Shown here: piece after piece, positions 1 through 12,626 of the stretch
Numbering within the stretch: the stretch's first letter is position 1
Layout of the letters: the number at the start of each line of letters is the position of its first letter
NCBI GenBank assembly: GCA_964016885.1
Contig: OZ024740.1
Span: 434,248,001 to 434,312,000 of the forward strand
Direction: 5' to 3'
Source: Eledone cirrhosa
Taxonomy: Eukaryota
DNA length: 64,000 nt
Program-made: the position numbers and the translations under genes
Notes under the pieces: model-generated
The model's database searches: none
Seen by the model: the letters and a program-made list of their open reading frames with translations, nothing else
What the model was told of the DNA's origin: nothing

Positions 1-347
1 TAAAAAATTCACGCACCTTTTACACCAGTTTGATTCCTGTGTTATGACAGATATCGCGTGGTAAACTGGACATATTCTTCCCCAAAATTTACAGACGCCC
101 TTGACCTCATAAATCAACATGCGCTTGCATGCACTAGTCTCGTCTGCATTCTCACGTGCTTTTATTTTTGTGAAGCTCCGAAACGCGCGTATGTGAAAAT
201 GCGCTCAATCAATGCGTCAAAACATGAATTTTATAAACTGATGGCAAGATCACTAAAACGTACAGCAAATTCGTTCGAACGTACAGCACATCAAAATTTT
301 GAGCAAAACGTTCAGTTTTGTACGAACGTACAGTCATCGGCAGCGCT

Positions 348-490
348 GGTACATATCTCTTGTGTAATGAACCTAAACAAGGTACATATCTCTTGTGTAA
401 TGAACCTAAACAAGGTACATATCTCTTGTGTAGTGGACCTTAACAAGGTACATATCTCTTGTGTAGTGGACCTAAACAAGGTACATATCT
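348..490. repeat. 33-bp tandem repeat, ~4.3 copies
   Basis: ggtacatatctcttgtgta(a/g)tg(a/g)acctaaacaa. Confidence 0.95.
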
Positions 491-673
491 GGAATAAAGA
501 AGGTACTGTGAGAAGAAGCGGTGGGTCGGGGTTTGACTAGTTAATATGTAATATTAACTAGAGAATTTTGAAGTTATGTTAACATTGATAGATGAGACTA
601 CTTGGCTGTTAGCAAATATATTGACAATGAGGCAAAATATGTAGGTTTGCATCAATAATAGACAGAAAGAAAA

Positions 674-857
674 ATAATTGTTTCTACGTTTGGCACAAGG
701 GCAGCAATTATCCAGTGCATTACTGGTACTTTATTTTATCGACCTCATAAGGATGAAAGGCAAAGTTAACCTCGGCGGGATTTGAACTCAGAATGGCAAG
801 CGCCGTAACTCTAAGCATCAAAGCATGGCGTCCGACCCTCTCCCATTACTGCCAATC
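674..857 (-). mobile_element. SINE family A copy
   Basis: Reverse complement matches the 7260 copy. Confidence 0.85.
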
Positions 858-1293
858 AATAAGCTAAAGACTAGTACAGGTAAATACAAATAACTAAGTA
901 AGTGTTGATGTTCTCTTTCACTCACTGCCTCCACCTCTCTCTCTCTCCCCATCTCTTACTATTAAATGGGGGCCCATGAACTAGCCACACCACGGCTCTG
1001 GCGGTCACAATAGAGATACATTGCAAGAGCTGTTTCACATTGCTCCAAGTTGTATCAGCCATTGCCTTTCCTTGGACAGCATGGAGAGGGGAGACCGGTA
1101 TGCAAGGGGAACTGCTGGTCTTCAACAAACACACCTTGCCCAGACTTGGGCCTGGGAGGGAACTTTCGAGTTACTAATCCTATAGTCATTACTGACCCAA
1201 GAGGGTCTTTACCCCTTTTACAGTAGCATCCGTTGATTATTGATTCTGATTGAGATTAGCACTTTGATTAGTGACGTATTGTCTCTGTTTCAG

Positions 1294-1339
1294 GAAGGTA
1301 TACCTGACTGTCCTACATATACGGTGAAGTCCAAAGAAA
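1294..1339 (+). CDS. SLC44A2: CTL exon (window exon 1): [15 protein letters not shown]
   Basis: tttcAG acceptor, GTAAGT donor; the CP...S..RC.P pattern of the extracellular loop continues into the next exon in phase 1. Confidence 0.8.
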
Positions 1340-4300
1340 GTAAGTTAACCATTTTCTATAATATCCTCATCCGTAAGTTATTATTTTTGATAAAAGACTA
1401 TGATCGTCTGTTAGAGAACTAGGAGTCAGTGAATATATAATATAGAAGAGGGAGAGAAGTGGTGTGTGTGGTGGTGTGGTGTGGTTGTGGTGGGTGTGGT
1501 TTGGTGTGGTGGTGTGTGGCTATGTGATGGTATGGCTGTGTGGTGGTGTGGTGTGGTGTGTTGGTTGTGTGGTGATATGGTTGGTGCAGCCAGTTGTTGG
1601 GGTGCCACACAGGTAGAGAGAATACCCTGATGTCCGGCAGTGGTATCCATAGGGATGTACAGGTCTATTTGGTTCTCACTTGACTATTGGCTCTAAAACT
1701 TTTCTCAGCCATACCCCAGAATCTTGTCAGGTTAAACTTAGTGAAGGACTTGTAGAGGAGAACCTGCAAGTATTTGTAGGCCCACTGAAATGCCATGATA
1801 AACGGTGAAATAGTTATACAATCTATCTTATCTGAGACGTTCATGAGTTCTTTGTTAATATTATTTCCAGTGGTGAAGAGATGTGTTCCTGATATTGTTG
1901 AAATTGGTAGCATGGCCTTTGATATTGACGTTTCTAACAATCAAACCGTGAAGAAAAATGATCTGTTAAGTTCAGCAAAGTAAGTCTTTAATTATTCATT
2001 AATTTCATTGATAAATCATTAATAGAAGTAATGATGGTCATTTAACGTCCATTTTACGGCGTGGGTGGAGCATTATAGAATTTTGAAAATAAAATTATTT
2101 TAATTGCTACATCTAGACTAAAAGTATTAAGAAAAATATAAAATTGAATAAAAACTATGTAATTGTTAATTATCACTAAATGCCTTCTTCGTTAATTATG
2201 TAAATTAATAAAATGAAAATGAAACACTAAATTAAGAAATTGATATAAAACATGGAAAATAATTAATTAATTAATCTTTTAATTTTCTACAAAAGATTTG
2301 TTGAAAATATCTTCATTTGAAATAGAGCAGGGTTGAGAGATGATATAAAGGAGAATCAGGGACCACAACCCCTTTTACTGGGTGGCAATGTGCAGTTATG
2401 TGGTGGGAGCAGACATAAAAGAATTTCCAGTATAACCTGGTTTCCCTTCTCCTCCTCGTCGTCTATATTTAGTCTGTTACTGATACTTCATATTTCCTCT
2501 TCACATTCCATTTTAATAAATTCACAGTTATCATGGTCACAATCTGTATTTATTAAGTGCAATGAATTTTTAAAATAATAATTCATAACATAATCCCTCA
2601 TGTTCATTGTATAAAGGTCACTAAACTTTGTTTTCATATGGCTTCATGTGTGAACATTTCATGAGACTAGTATTGTTTAGTGTCCTTTGTTAACCCTTTA
2701 GTTACCAACCCAGCCAAAACCAGCTCTGGTTCTATGAAATAAAACCACACATTTTAAAGGTTTCCAATTTAAAATCTTCCAACATAATTATATATAAGAA
2801 CCTTACATTAAGTTACTGTCTTAGTAATGAAATAATTAATAATTTTAGTAAATCCCTCAAAATTCTTCATTAATTGAAATAGTGTATTTCAATAGAACTG
2901 CAGTGATGAAAGGGTTAAACTACATTCATCTTCCAGCTGTTGGTACCACCCTGTAAGCAAGATAAAACTCATATATGCACCAAAACACCCTCATTGCACA
3001 TATGTAGCTTTATTTATGACTTTCTTTTTCAGGGTTATGGACGGTATATTTAAAGCAAAGGCTTATGCAGAACAAATAGTCAGTGATGTTTTGGTGTCCT
3101 GGTGGATAATCTTACTGTAAGTAAATAGATGGCTATTTCGATGTTGTTTAATGATTTGTTAGATTATTAAAGACTTTTTAGATAGGACCATAGTCTGTTA
3201 TATTACTAGTACAGTGGTACCTTGACTTCCAAGTTTAATTTGTTCCGTGACGGACCTCGTAACTCAAATTACTCGCATGTCAAATCAATTTTCCCCATTG
3301 AAATGAATTGAAATGCCATTAATCCGTTCCGGGCCCCCAAAAAACACCGCAATTATTATGGTTACGTTTTTTAAAATAAGAAAAATGTATTTATAAATAA
3401 CGAATATTGTATAAAAAAACAATACAATAGAATGTACTGCAATAAACTGGTTTTACAAATACAATAGTACATATAGAGTAATGTAAATGTTAACAGGTTA
3501 AATATTGTTTTGTCTTTGTATAAACATCTTTGTAAGATATAACCTGTTCCACTGTTGTATTATTGTCTATGAGAGACTTTACTAATTTGTTTATTTCAGT
3601 GCTTTGCTTATTGCAATGTTCGTTTCCCTACTGTGGATAATTATAATGCGATGGGTGGCGGGTGTGATGGTATGGTTCGGGGTGATTGCTTTCTTGGGTT
3701 TATTTGCTGCAGGTAAGTCGCAGTTGGTTTCTTTACCATTCCTTTTCTAGTTTGGCATTAGTTTATATATATACTAGCAGAAAACCACCCTTCAGGTGGT
3801 TTTCTGCTATCCTATGTAGTGTGTATATTGATATTATACGTAAATATACATGCATGTCAATATGATACATCAAGTAAAATCGTAATTGACAATATACACA
3901 GAAATTGAAGGAAGACTGTGTTACACTGTCTTATGTAATCAGTGACGTGATCCATGATACATTAAAAAAAGACGATATTATATATAAACTGCATTAGGAG
4001 AAAATTAGTGATGGAAATATATGAATGTTTATTTAAGCGATCGCTAACCGGAAGTGTTGACATTTGAAAATTTTAAAGAAGTGAATCTTAAAATAAGCAA
4101 CAATATTATTTATATTTAATCAAGAATAACGAAATTTAGTAGATAAATTATGTAATATTCATTCATTATTTATTCAAAGTAATCCAACTTATTTTACAAA
4201 CGGGATAAAAATATATTCTGGACGCAGTCCCGCACTCCTTACTTTATAGTTTAGATATATGCTTGAGCTGAGGAATATATCTAATAGGCAACACCTTCCT

Positions 4301-6146
4301 CTGCCATCTCCCCTCCCATACACCTCCCTTTCTGTAACCACCCTTCCCTTATTACCTCCATCCTCAATTTCCCAAGCTTCTTCCCCCTCCCTCTTAAGTT
4401 ACCATCCCATACCTTGAATTGGTCCCTCTGGAGCCACAACAAAAATACCCAGCCCATACTGTAAAATGGTCGTTGGTGTTAAGAAGGGCATCCAGCTGTA
4501 GAAACCAAGCCAAAATCAGTTTTGTATGAATGAAACACTGTCCTCCGATTGATCTCTCCCAAAGGGACAGCTTGTTCTACCCATGCTAGTGTGGAAAATG
4601 GATGTTAAATGGTGATGATTCAGGCAGCTACAGGAGAAGTACCTATATTTAACATTGACCTGATTTTTGACAAACTCCCATGTTCTGTAATTTGGTGGTC
4701 ACTTAGGAATTTAGGGATTAAGGAATGGCTTGTAAGAGCTGTACAGGTGTGCAAAAAGTAAGGTAACAGTCGGCAATGAATACAGTGATATATTTAGTGT
4801 GTAGCTGGGAGTCTACCAACACTCAGTTCTCATCCCCCTCTTATTATAGTTTTCCATGGAAGCTTCTACATGCTGATGATCTAACCATCATAGCTAAAAC
4901 AACAGAACAAGTTCCAGACATGAAAGTAAAATCTGGAAGGAAAGGTCCTCAAAGTGATCTTAAGGTTTCATAAAGTAGAAAAGAGGATAAGACTACCTTC
5001 AAGGAAATTGCCATGATCACTGTAGGTGTGTTCTGTCAGAGAGAGACTATGCACACCTGTGAGCAAGCACTTATGTGGTCACTTGACTTGTTAGAAATAG
5101 CAGCCAAATTTATTAGAACATGAAGGGCACATTAGATAATGCAGTCCTAGTCCAAAAGATGGGATATTTAAGGCTGGAACTCCTTTACTTGTACATCTAG
5201 TTGAGCAAGGTTATCCTGGGGCTAAACAATAATAACATCAACATATTTAATCTGTAACAACAAAAACAAAGCCTGGTTTCTAATAAGATTTATTGCTTGT
5301 AATAATTACAAAGACTTCAATTTTCTCAAGTGATTTACTTTTATTTCACAGTGTTATGAGTTAATATTACCATATTCTATCTTCTCTCTGCTTGTAAAAT
5401 ATTTCTTTATTAAAAAATAACTCTTTCTAAAAAAAAAAAAAAGTTATAGAAACACAATGGTAGGAAACAGCAATAATCACTGAAGATGTCATAGAAATGT
5501 GTGACGAAAAAACTTTGTTAAATTATATTCATATTATATTATTATTTATATAAATATACTGTAGTGAAAACCAAACCAAACAGTGTGTTTTGACATGATC
5601 CTCCCCAAATATAACAACTCTTTCAATTTTAACTGAAATCGTAACACTTATTTTATTTATATTTTCCAGGATGTGGAGTGTCTGCGTGGCAGTATACGAT
5701 TTGGAAGGACACCGATGAGAAGATCACTGTGGGGTTCAATCCACTTGTATTTACATTTACCAAAGCAAAATTCTATTTATGGACAAGTAACAAGATTTCT
5801 TCTTTCAATAAGAATTATATTCCATAGATTACTATGTAGAAGTCAACCTGGAATACAAATCAATCTTTAAAATGTTCATCAAGCCTTTGGTTTCTAAAGC
5901 TAGATGCCTCTCCTAATCCCAATCTCTTTACAGAGTGTACTTGGTGCAGAACAAATATTGATTGCTTTCTTATTTAGTCACAAGGTAAAGTTGATTAAAT
6001 TCAACCCCAGTACTTGACTGGTACTTTACCAACCCTGGAAAGATGAAAGGCAAAGTTGACATCAGCAAGATTTGAACTCAGAATGTAGAGCTGGAACAAA
6101 TTACTGCTATGATTTGTCCAATGTTCTAATGGTTCTGCCAATCCAC

Positions 6147-6192
<46 letters not shown>

Positions 6193-9100
6193 TATCTTTT
6201 GCTAAATGTTTATTAGAAAACAAAAAAACAGTGCTTTTCATACAAAACCCTTGCCAAGATCTTGACATGACCAAACACTACTCCTCTTTATCAGCACCTG
6301 TGTTACAGAAGGTACCAAGATCTTGACATGACCAAACACTACTCCTCTTTATCAGCACCTGTGTTACAGAAGGTACCAAGATCTTGACATGACCAAACAC
6401 TACTCCTCTTTACTCTATGCTGTTTGATTTTCATCCACTTTACAGAATGTACTCAATACATTGTCTTCTGCAAAGCTGAAGATAGCGCTGCATTCTATGC
6501 AGCTACACTTCTTTCAAGGCAAACCTGACTGTGAGGGATGACCAGACTGACCAAGAGTTAAAAGAGGAGAGAGTTTAGTTTAAGTGTGAAAGGGAGAAAG
6601 ATGGTGATAGAATGGATGTGGGGAGGAGAATGACTGTTGTGGATAGAAGGTTGAGTAGAAAACTAGCATGGGATGCAAGTAGGGATGTGTGATGGTTGGA
6701 GAGAGGAACTGATGAGAGCAACATAGGGAAGTGAGAGTGATAGGTGTTGGTTAAAAGTCTCATGATGGAGAGGTAGAGAGAGAAGATGGTATTGAATATG
6801 GCCATGAGTAAGGGCTATCATGAGATATAGGTGATGGTGGAGAAGCAAATATAAAAAATGAGTGGTGTTTAGTTTCTGCTACGGCTATCCCCATACACTT
6901 GAAACCTGTCTCTAACTTTGATAAAGTCATCTAAATATTTTCTTCTCAGTAAAAACTGCAGTATGTTTGAAGTATTCACCTGTCTATATATTTCATTTAT
7001 AGGTATCATCACTGGAGTTATATTGGCTATTTTCTTACTTATATTTCTGATACTCATATCTCGTATTCGGATTGCAATAGCATTGATCAAAGAAGGAAGC
7101 AGGTTAGTAACATTTTTCTTTTTCTCTTTTATTTTGGACTTGTTTATCACTTCAGAATATGTAATCGTAAATTCTATTCTGATAACATAGTTCGTCTGTG
7201 GAATTATCTTCCAGATTCTTACTTTCCTGACCACTACATCAATCATTATCTTCTCTCTCGGCGATGGATTGGCAGTATCGGTAGAGGGTCGGACGCCATG
7301 CTTTGCAGCAAAGAGTTACGGCCCTTTATGATCTGAGCTCAAATCCCGCCGAGGTTAACTTTGCCTTTCATCCTTACGGGGTCGATAAAATAAAGTACCA
7401 GTAATGCACTGGGATAATTGCTGGCCTTGTGCCAAAAGTAGAAATAATTATCTTCTCTCTCCTTGAATTATATACTTTCTGTTTTGTCCTTTTCCCTTCT
7501 CAGCAACCCCTTCCATTTTAGTGGCTTTATTGCTTTGCTCGGGGTGCATAAATTAATATATATGAGACCATACATAAACGCACACATCCCTGGAAGATCA
7601 GTGGCTCCACTTCAGGACTGACTTGGTCTGTATGGAGCCATTCAGTTCTTGCTAGTAGGGAAAATAGACATTAAAACAACAATGATGATATGTATATAAA
7701 ATTAAAAGTTTAAGACATTTAATTACTGACAATTGTTTCTTCCCATAACAATGTGCCTCCAACAGCAACTTATTTTAATCAACAAAAGTTTGCCATTAGT
7801 TAGCACAAACCGTAGGAATCATCAGTTTATTTAAATCAAAAACGATTAGTATATCAAGAACAAATCACTCCAGCACAAAAGATAATATAACTTATCTAAT
7901 TACATAGCAACGGAACAAGTTGTCAGATATATTACAATACTTAAATATTATTTGAAAGAGTATTAACTTTGCGATTATTAACTGAAAGCTGTATAGTTTT
8001 GTCAAAGCAATATTTATGCTGCATAGAAGAAATCCTTTTATTAATATTTTGCGTTTCTTATTCAAAATACTTTCACTATTTTTCTTTCTTCAGTTTATAT
8101 TTAATGTAAATCTCTTATGTTTTATTTTATACAAGTGTCTATCATATTATTGTCTTCAGTTTAATGTGAATCTCTTGTATTTTATTTTATAGAGCTGTTG
8201 GCAATATTATGTCTACATTGATATGGCCAATTATTCCGTTCATCTTACAAATTGGTGTTATCTTCCTGTGGCTTGCAGTAGCAGTGTATCCTTATAAACA
8301 TACATAAAAATATCACCTCCTGATACTTATTTTATTTATGACCAGAAGCAGAATATCTTAACCCTTTCTTTACCATATTTCTAATGGAATACACTTACTA
8401 TATCTCCCAATACACTTCCTATGTCCTCCAATTAAATTGTTTGAAGGAGGTTTGTATCATGAAATGTGAGTTTGTTTGATGGAGGTTTGTATCATAGAAT
8501 GTGAGTTTGAGGAAGGTTTGTATCATGGAATGTGAGTTTGAGAAAGGTTTGTATTAAAAGAATGAAAGTGTTTAACCATAAAAGAAAAACTTGGAATCAC
8601 CATAACATGTATCAGGTATTCCTATTAAAAATGTTTTGTTTGTTTTGGAAGAAACGTTGCTGATGATGCAAGAATGATTCCAATCTGTGGATGGTTTGTT
8701 GAAATTTAGTAAAATATCTGAGATTAGTTCACAAATTTCAATAGGTTTGTTGTGGCAAGCAAAGATTTGCTGGACGCTGTAGAAATTTATCCAAATTTGC
8801 CAATTATTAGCTGTCCCTAAATACAACCACCATATATACTCAAATATAAGCCAAGGAATATGTTACCAAAAATCAATTGTAAGTTGGGGTGGGGGATCAG
8901 CTATATCCAGGTTCAATATTTTGGTGATTTTCCACCAACTTCCAATTCTCCATAAATAAGGCGCTAAAAGATCTGGAGTGATTCTGTCACAATGAAATGT
9001 TAGTTTTCCATTTCTACTACATCGTCATTTTATCCCTTGAAAATATTCCCAAGTTTTTTTATTATTTCATCTTTTTAATACATAAATATCCCAATCACAT

Positions 9101-9310
9101 CTTAATTAGCTGTTATCAACTCTATCCTATTTTAAAGGGAGATAAACAATATGATCCATTAGGATATGTATGTATGTATATATATATATATAGGATATGT
9201 ATGTATGTATATATATATAGGATATGTATGTATGTATGTATATATATATATATATATATATATAGGATATGTATGTATGTATATATATATATATAGGATA
9301 TGTATGTATG

Positions 9311-9341
<31 letters not shown>

Positions 9342-12300
9342 GAGAAAACTCATTGCTAAAACAGTTAAGTGCTATCAAAGACAGCAATGGGCAAAAATGC
9401 CACAGAGGACAGCGGCCAGTGGTCAACAGAGAGAGACAATCCACAAGGTGGGTGACAGGTAGATGAATATTGAAAGTGAAGATGTGTGAGTGTGAGCTTG
9501 TCTTGTCCATCACCTTTCTTTCCTTCTTCCAGTCACTTCTGTGTACTTCTCTTTGTCCCCCTCCTATTTTAATCTTTTCTACATTTCACCTGTCCCCCAC
9601 CTTGTGGATTGTCTCTCTCTTGGCCACTGGTCTCTGTCCTCAGACATTATATATCATCTACCTGTCACCCACCTTATAGATTGTCTCTCTCTTGACCACT
9701 GGCCACTGGTCTCTGTCCTCAGACATTATATATCATCTCCCTGTCACCCACCTTATAGATTGTCTCTCTCTTGACCACTGGCCACTGGTCTCTGTCCTCA
9801 GACATTATATATCATCTACCTGTCACCCACCTTATAGATTGTCTCTCTCTTGACCACTGGCCACTGGTCTCTGTCCTCAGACATTATATATCATCTACCT
9901 GTCACCCACCTTATAGATTGTCTCTCTCTTGACCACTGGCTACTGATCACTGTCCTCAGACATTATATATCATCTCCCTGTCACCCACCTTATAGATTGT
10001 CTCTCTCTTGACCACTGGCCACTGGTCTCTGTCCTCAGACATTATATATCATCTACCTGTCACCCACCTTATAGATTGTCTCTCTCTTGACCACTGGCTA
10101 CTGATCACTGTCCTCAGACATTATATATCATCTCCCTGTCACCCACCTTGTGGATTGTCTCTCTCTTGACCACTGGCTACTGATCACTGTCCTCAGACAT
10201 TATATATCATCTCCCTGTCACCCACCTTATAGATTGTCTCTCTCTTGACCACTGGCTACTGATCACTGTCCTCAGACATTATATATCATCTCCCTGTCAC
10301 CCACCTTATAGATTGTCTCTCTCTTGACCACTGGCTACTGATCACTGTCCTCAGACATTATATATCATCTACCTGTCACCCACCTTATAGATTGTCTCTC
10401 TCTTGACCACTGGCTACTGATCACTGTCCTCAGACATTATATATCATCTCCCTGTCACCCACCTTATAGATTGTCTCTCTCTTGACCACTGGCCACTGGT
10501 CTCTGTCCTCAGACATTATATATCATCTACCTGTCACCCACCTTATAGATTGTCTCTCTCTTGACCACTGGCTACTGATCACTGTCCTCAGACATTATAT
10601 ATCATCTCCCTGTCACCCACCTTATAGATTGTCTCTCTCTTGACCACTGGCTACTGATCACTGTCCTCAGACATTATATATCATCTACCTGTCACCCACC
10701 TTATAGATTGTCTCTCTCTTGACCACTGGCTACTGATCACTGTCCTCAGACATTATATATCATCTCCCTGTCACCCACCTTATAGATTGTCTCTCTCTTG
10801 ACCACTGGCCACTGGTCTCTGTCCTCAGACATTATATATCATCTCCCTGTCACCCACCTTATAGATTGTCTCTCTCTTGGCCACTGGTCTCTGTCCTCAG
10901 ACATTATATATCATCTACCTGTCACCCACCTTATAGATTGTCTCTCTCTTGACCACTGGCTACTGATCACTGTCCTCAGACATTATATATCATCTCCCTG
11001 TCACCCACCTTATAGATTGTCTCTCTCTTGACCACTGGCTACTGATCACTGTCCTCAGACATTATATATCATCTCCCTGTCACCCACCTTATAGATTGTC
11101 TCTCTCTTGACCACTGGCCACTGGTCTCTGTCCTCAGACATTATATATCATCTCCCTGTCACCCACCTTATAGATTGTCTCTCTCTTGGCCACTGGTCTC
11201 TGTCCTCAGACATTATATATCATCTACCTGTCACCCACCTTATAGATTGTCTCTCTCTTGACCACTGGCTACTGATCACTGTCCTCAGACATTATATATC
11301 ATCTCCCTGTCACCCACCTTATAGATTGTCTCTCTCTTGACCACTGGCTACTGATCACTGTCCTCAGACATTATATATCATCTCCCTGTCACCCACCTTA
11401 TAGATTGTCTCTCTCTTGACCACTGGCCACTGGTCTCTGTCCTCAGACATTATATATCATCTCCCTGTCACCCACCTTATAGATTGTCTCTCTCTTGACC
11501 ACTGGCCACTGGTCTCTGTCCTCAGACATTATATATCATCTACCTGTCACCCATCTTGTGGATTGTCTCTCTCTTGACCACTGGCCACTGGTCTCTGTCC
11601 TCAGACATTATATATCATCTCCCTGTCACCCACCTTATAGATTGTCTCTCTCTTGACCACTGGCCACTGGTCTCTGTCCTCAGACATTATATATCATCTA
11701 CCTGTCACCCACCTTATAGATTGTCTCTCTCTTGACCACTGGCTACTGATCACTGTCCTCAGACATTATATATCATCTACCTGTCACCCACCTTATAGAT
11801 TGTCTCTCTCTTGACCACTGGCCACTGGTCTCTGTACTCTGAGGCATTTTTACCCATTGTTGTCTTTGACAGCATTTAGCTGTTTTAACAGCTGATCTAG
11901 CAATCAGTTTTTCTCATTTTTATATGTATTCAATCAAATACACATTTGCTTCGTCTCAGTCAGAGACAACATTGTTATATATATATATATATATATATCT
12001 TTAGCTTATTGTGTTGAAATGCTTCCAAGCTTTTCTAAGCATTTTCTCAGCTAACACAGTCCTATTCTCCAGCAGTATTGCCAGACAGTCAAACAAAGAG
12101 CCTTACAGTATTCTATGATAACTGTTTCTGTCCTGAGTTCAAACCTTGTCAATGTCAGTCATATCTTTTAAACTTTGGAGCTTGGTACAATATAGAACCA
12201 TATATATATATGTGTGTTTAGGCCCCTGTTTATGTCATATGCCTTTATATCCAGCGACTTAGTAGTTCAACAAATAGAGAGCAATATAATAAATACTAGG

Positions 12301-12594
12301 GCCAACCCTCTAGATCCTTAAAATTGGTGCCTCAGAAGGGCTATGTTTCATTGACTGCAACCAGTGACAGTATCTGTGTTGTTGTATTGCTTCTAACACA
12401 GACCTTTGGCTCTGTTCATTCCTTAACTCTTTGAACAGTCATCTTTATTCCATTAGCCGATCAATAAATCTCAACATGAATTCTACCAGGGATGATATTG
12501 AAGCGGTTATGGAAAATATTGGAATTTGCAAAGTAAGTATTTTTATTTTGTATGTATATATATTTTATATGTATGTATAATAATAATAATAATA

Positions 12595-12626
<32 letters not shown>

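Noticed and set aside
58-540. 160-aa ORF
   Set aside because: Non-ATG start, C-terminus made of a 33-bp repeat, no recognisable domain; 1-347 may be a DNA transposon end but this is unsupported
9588-11836. CRISPR-like appearance of regular repeats here and in other arrays
   Set aside because: Head-to-tail units without unique spacers, no cas genes, eukaryotic intron
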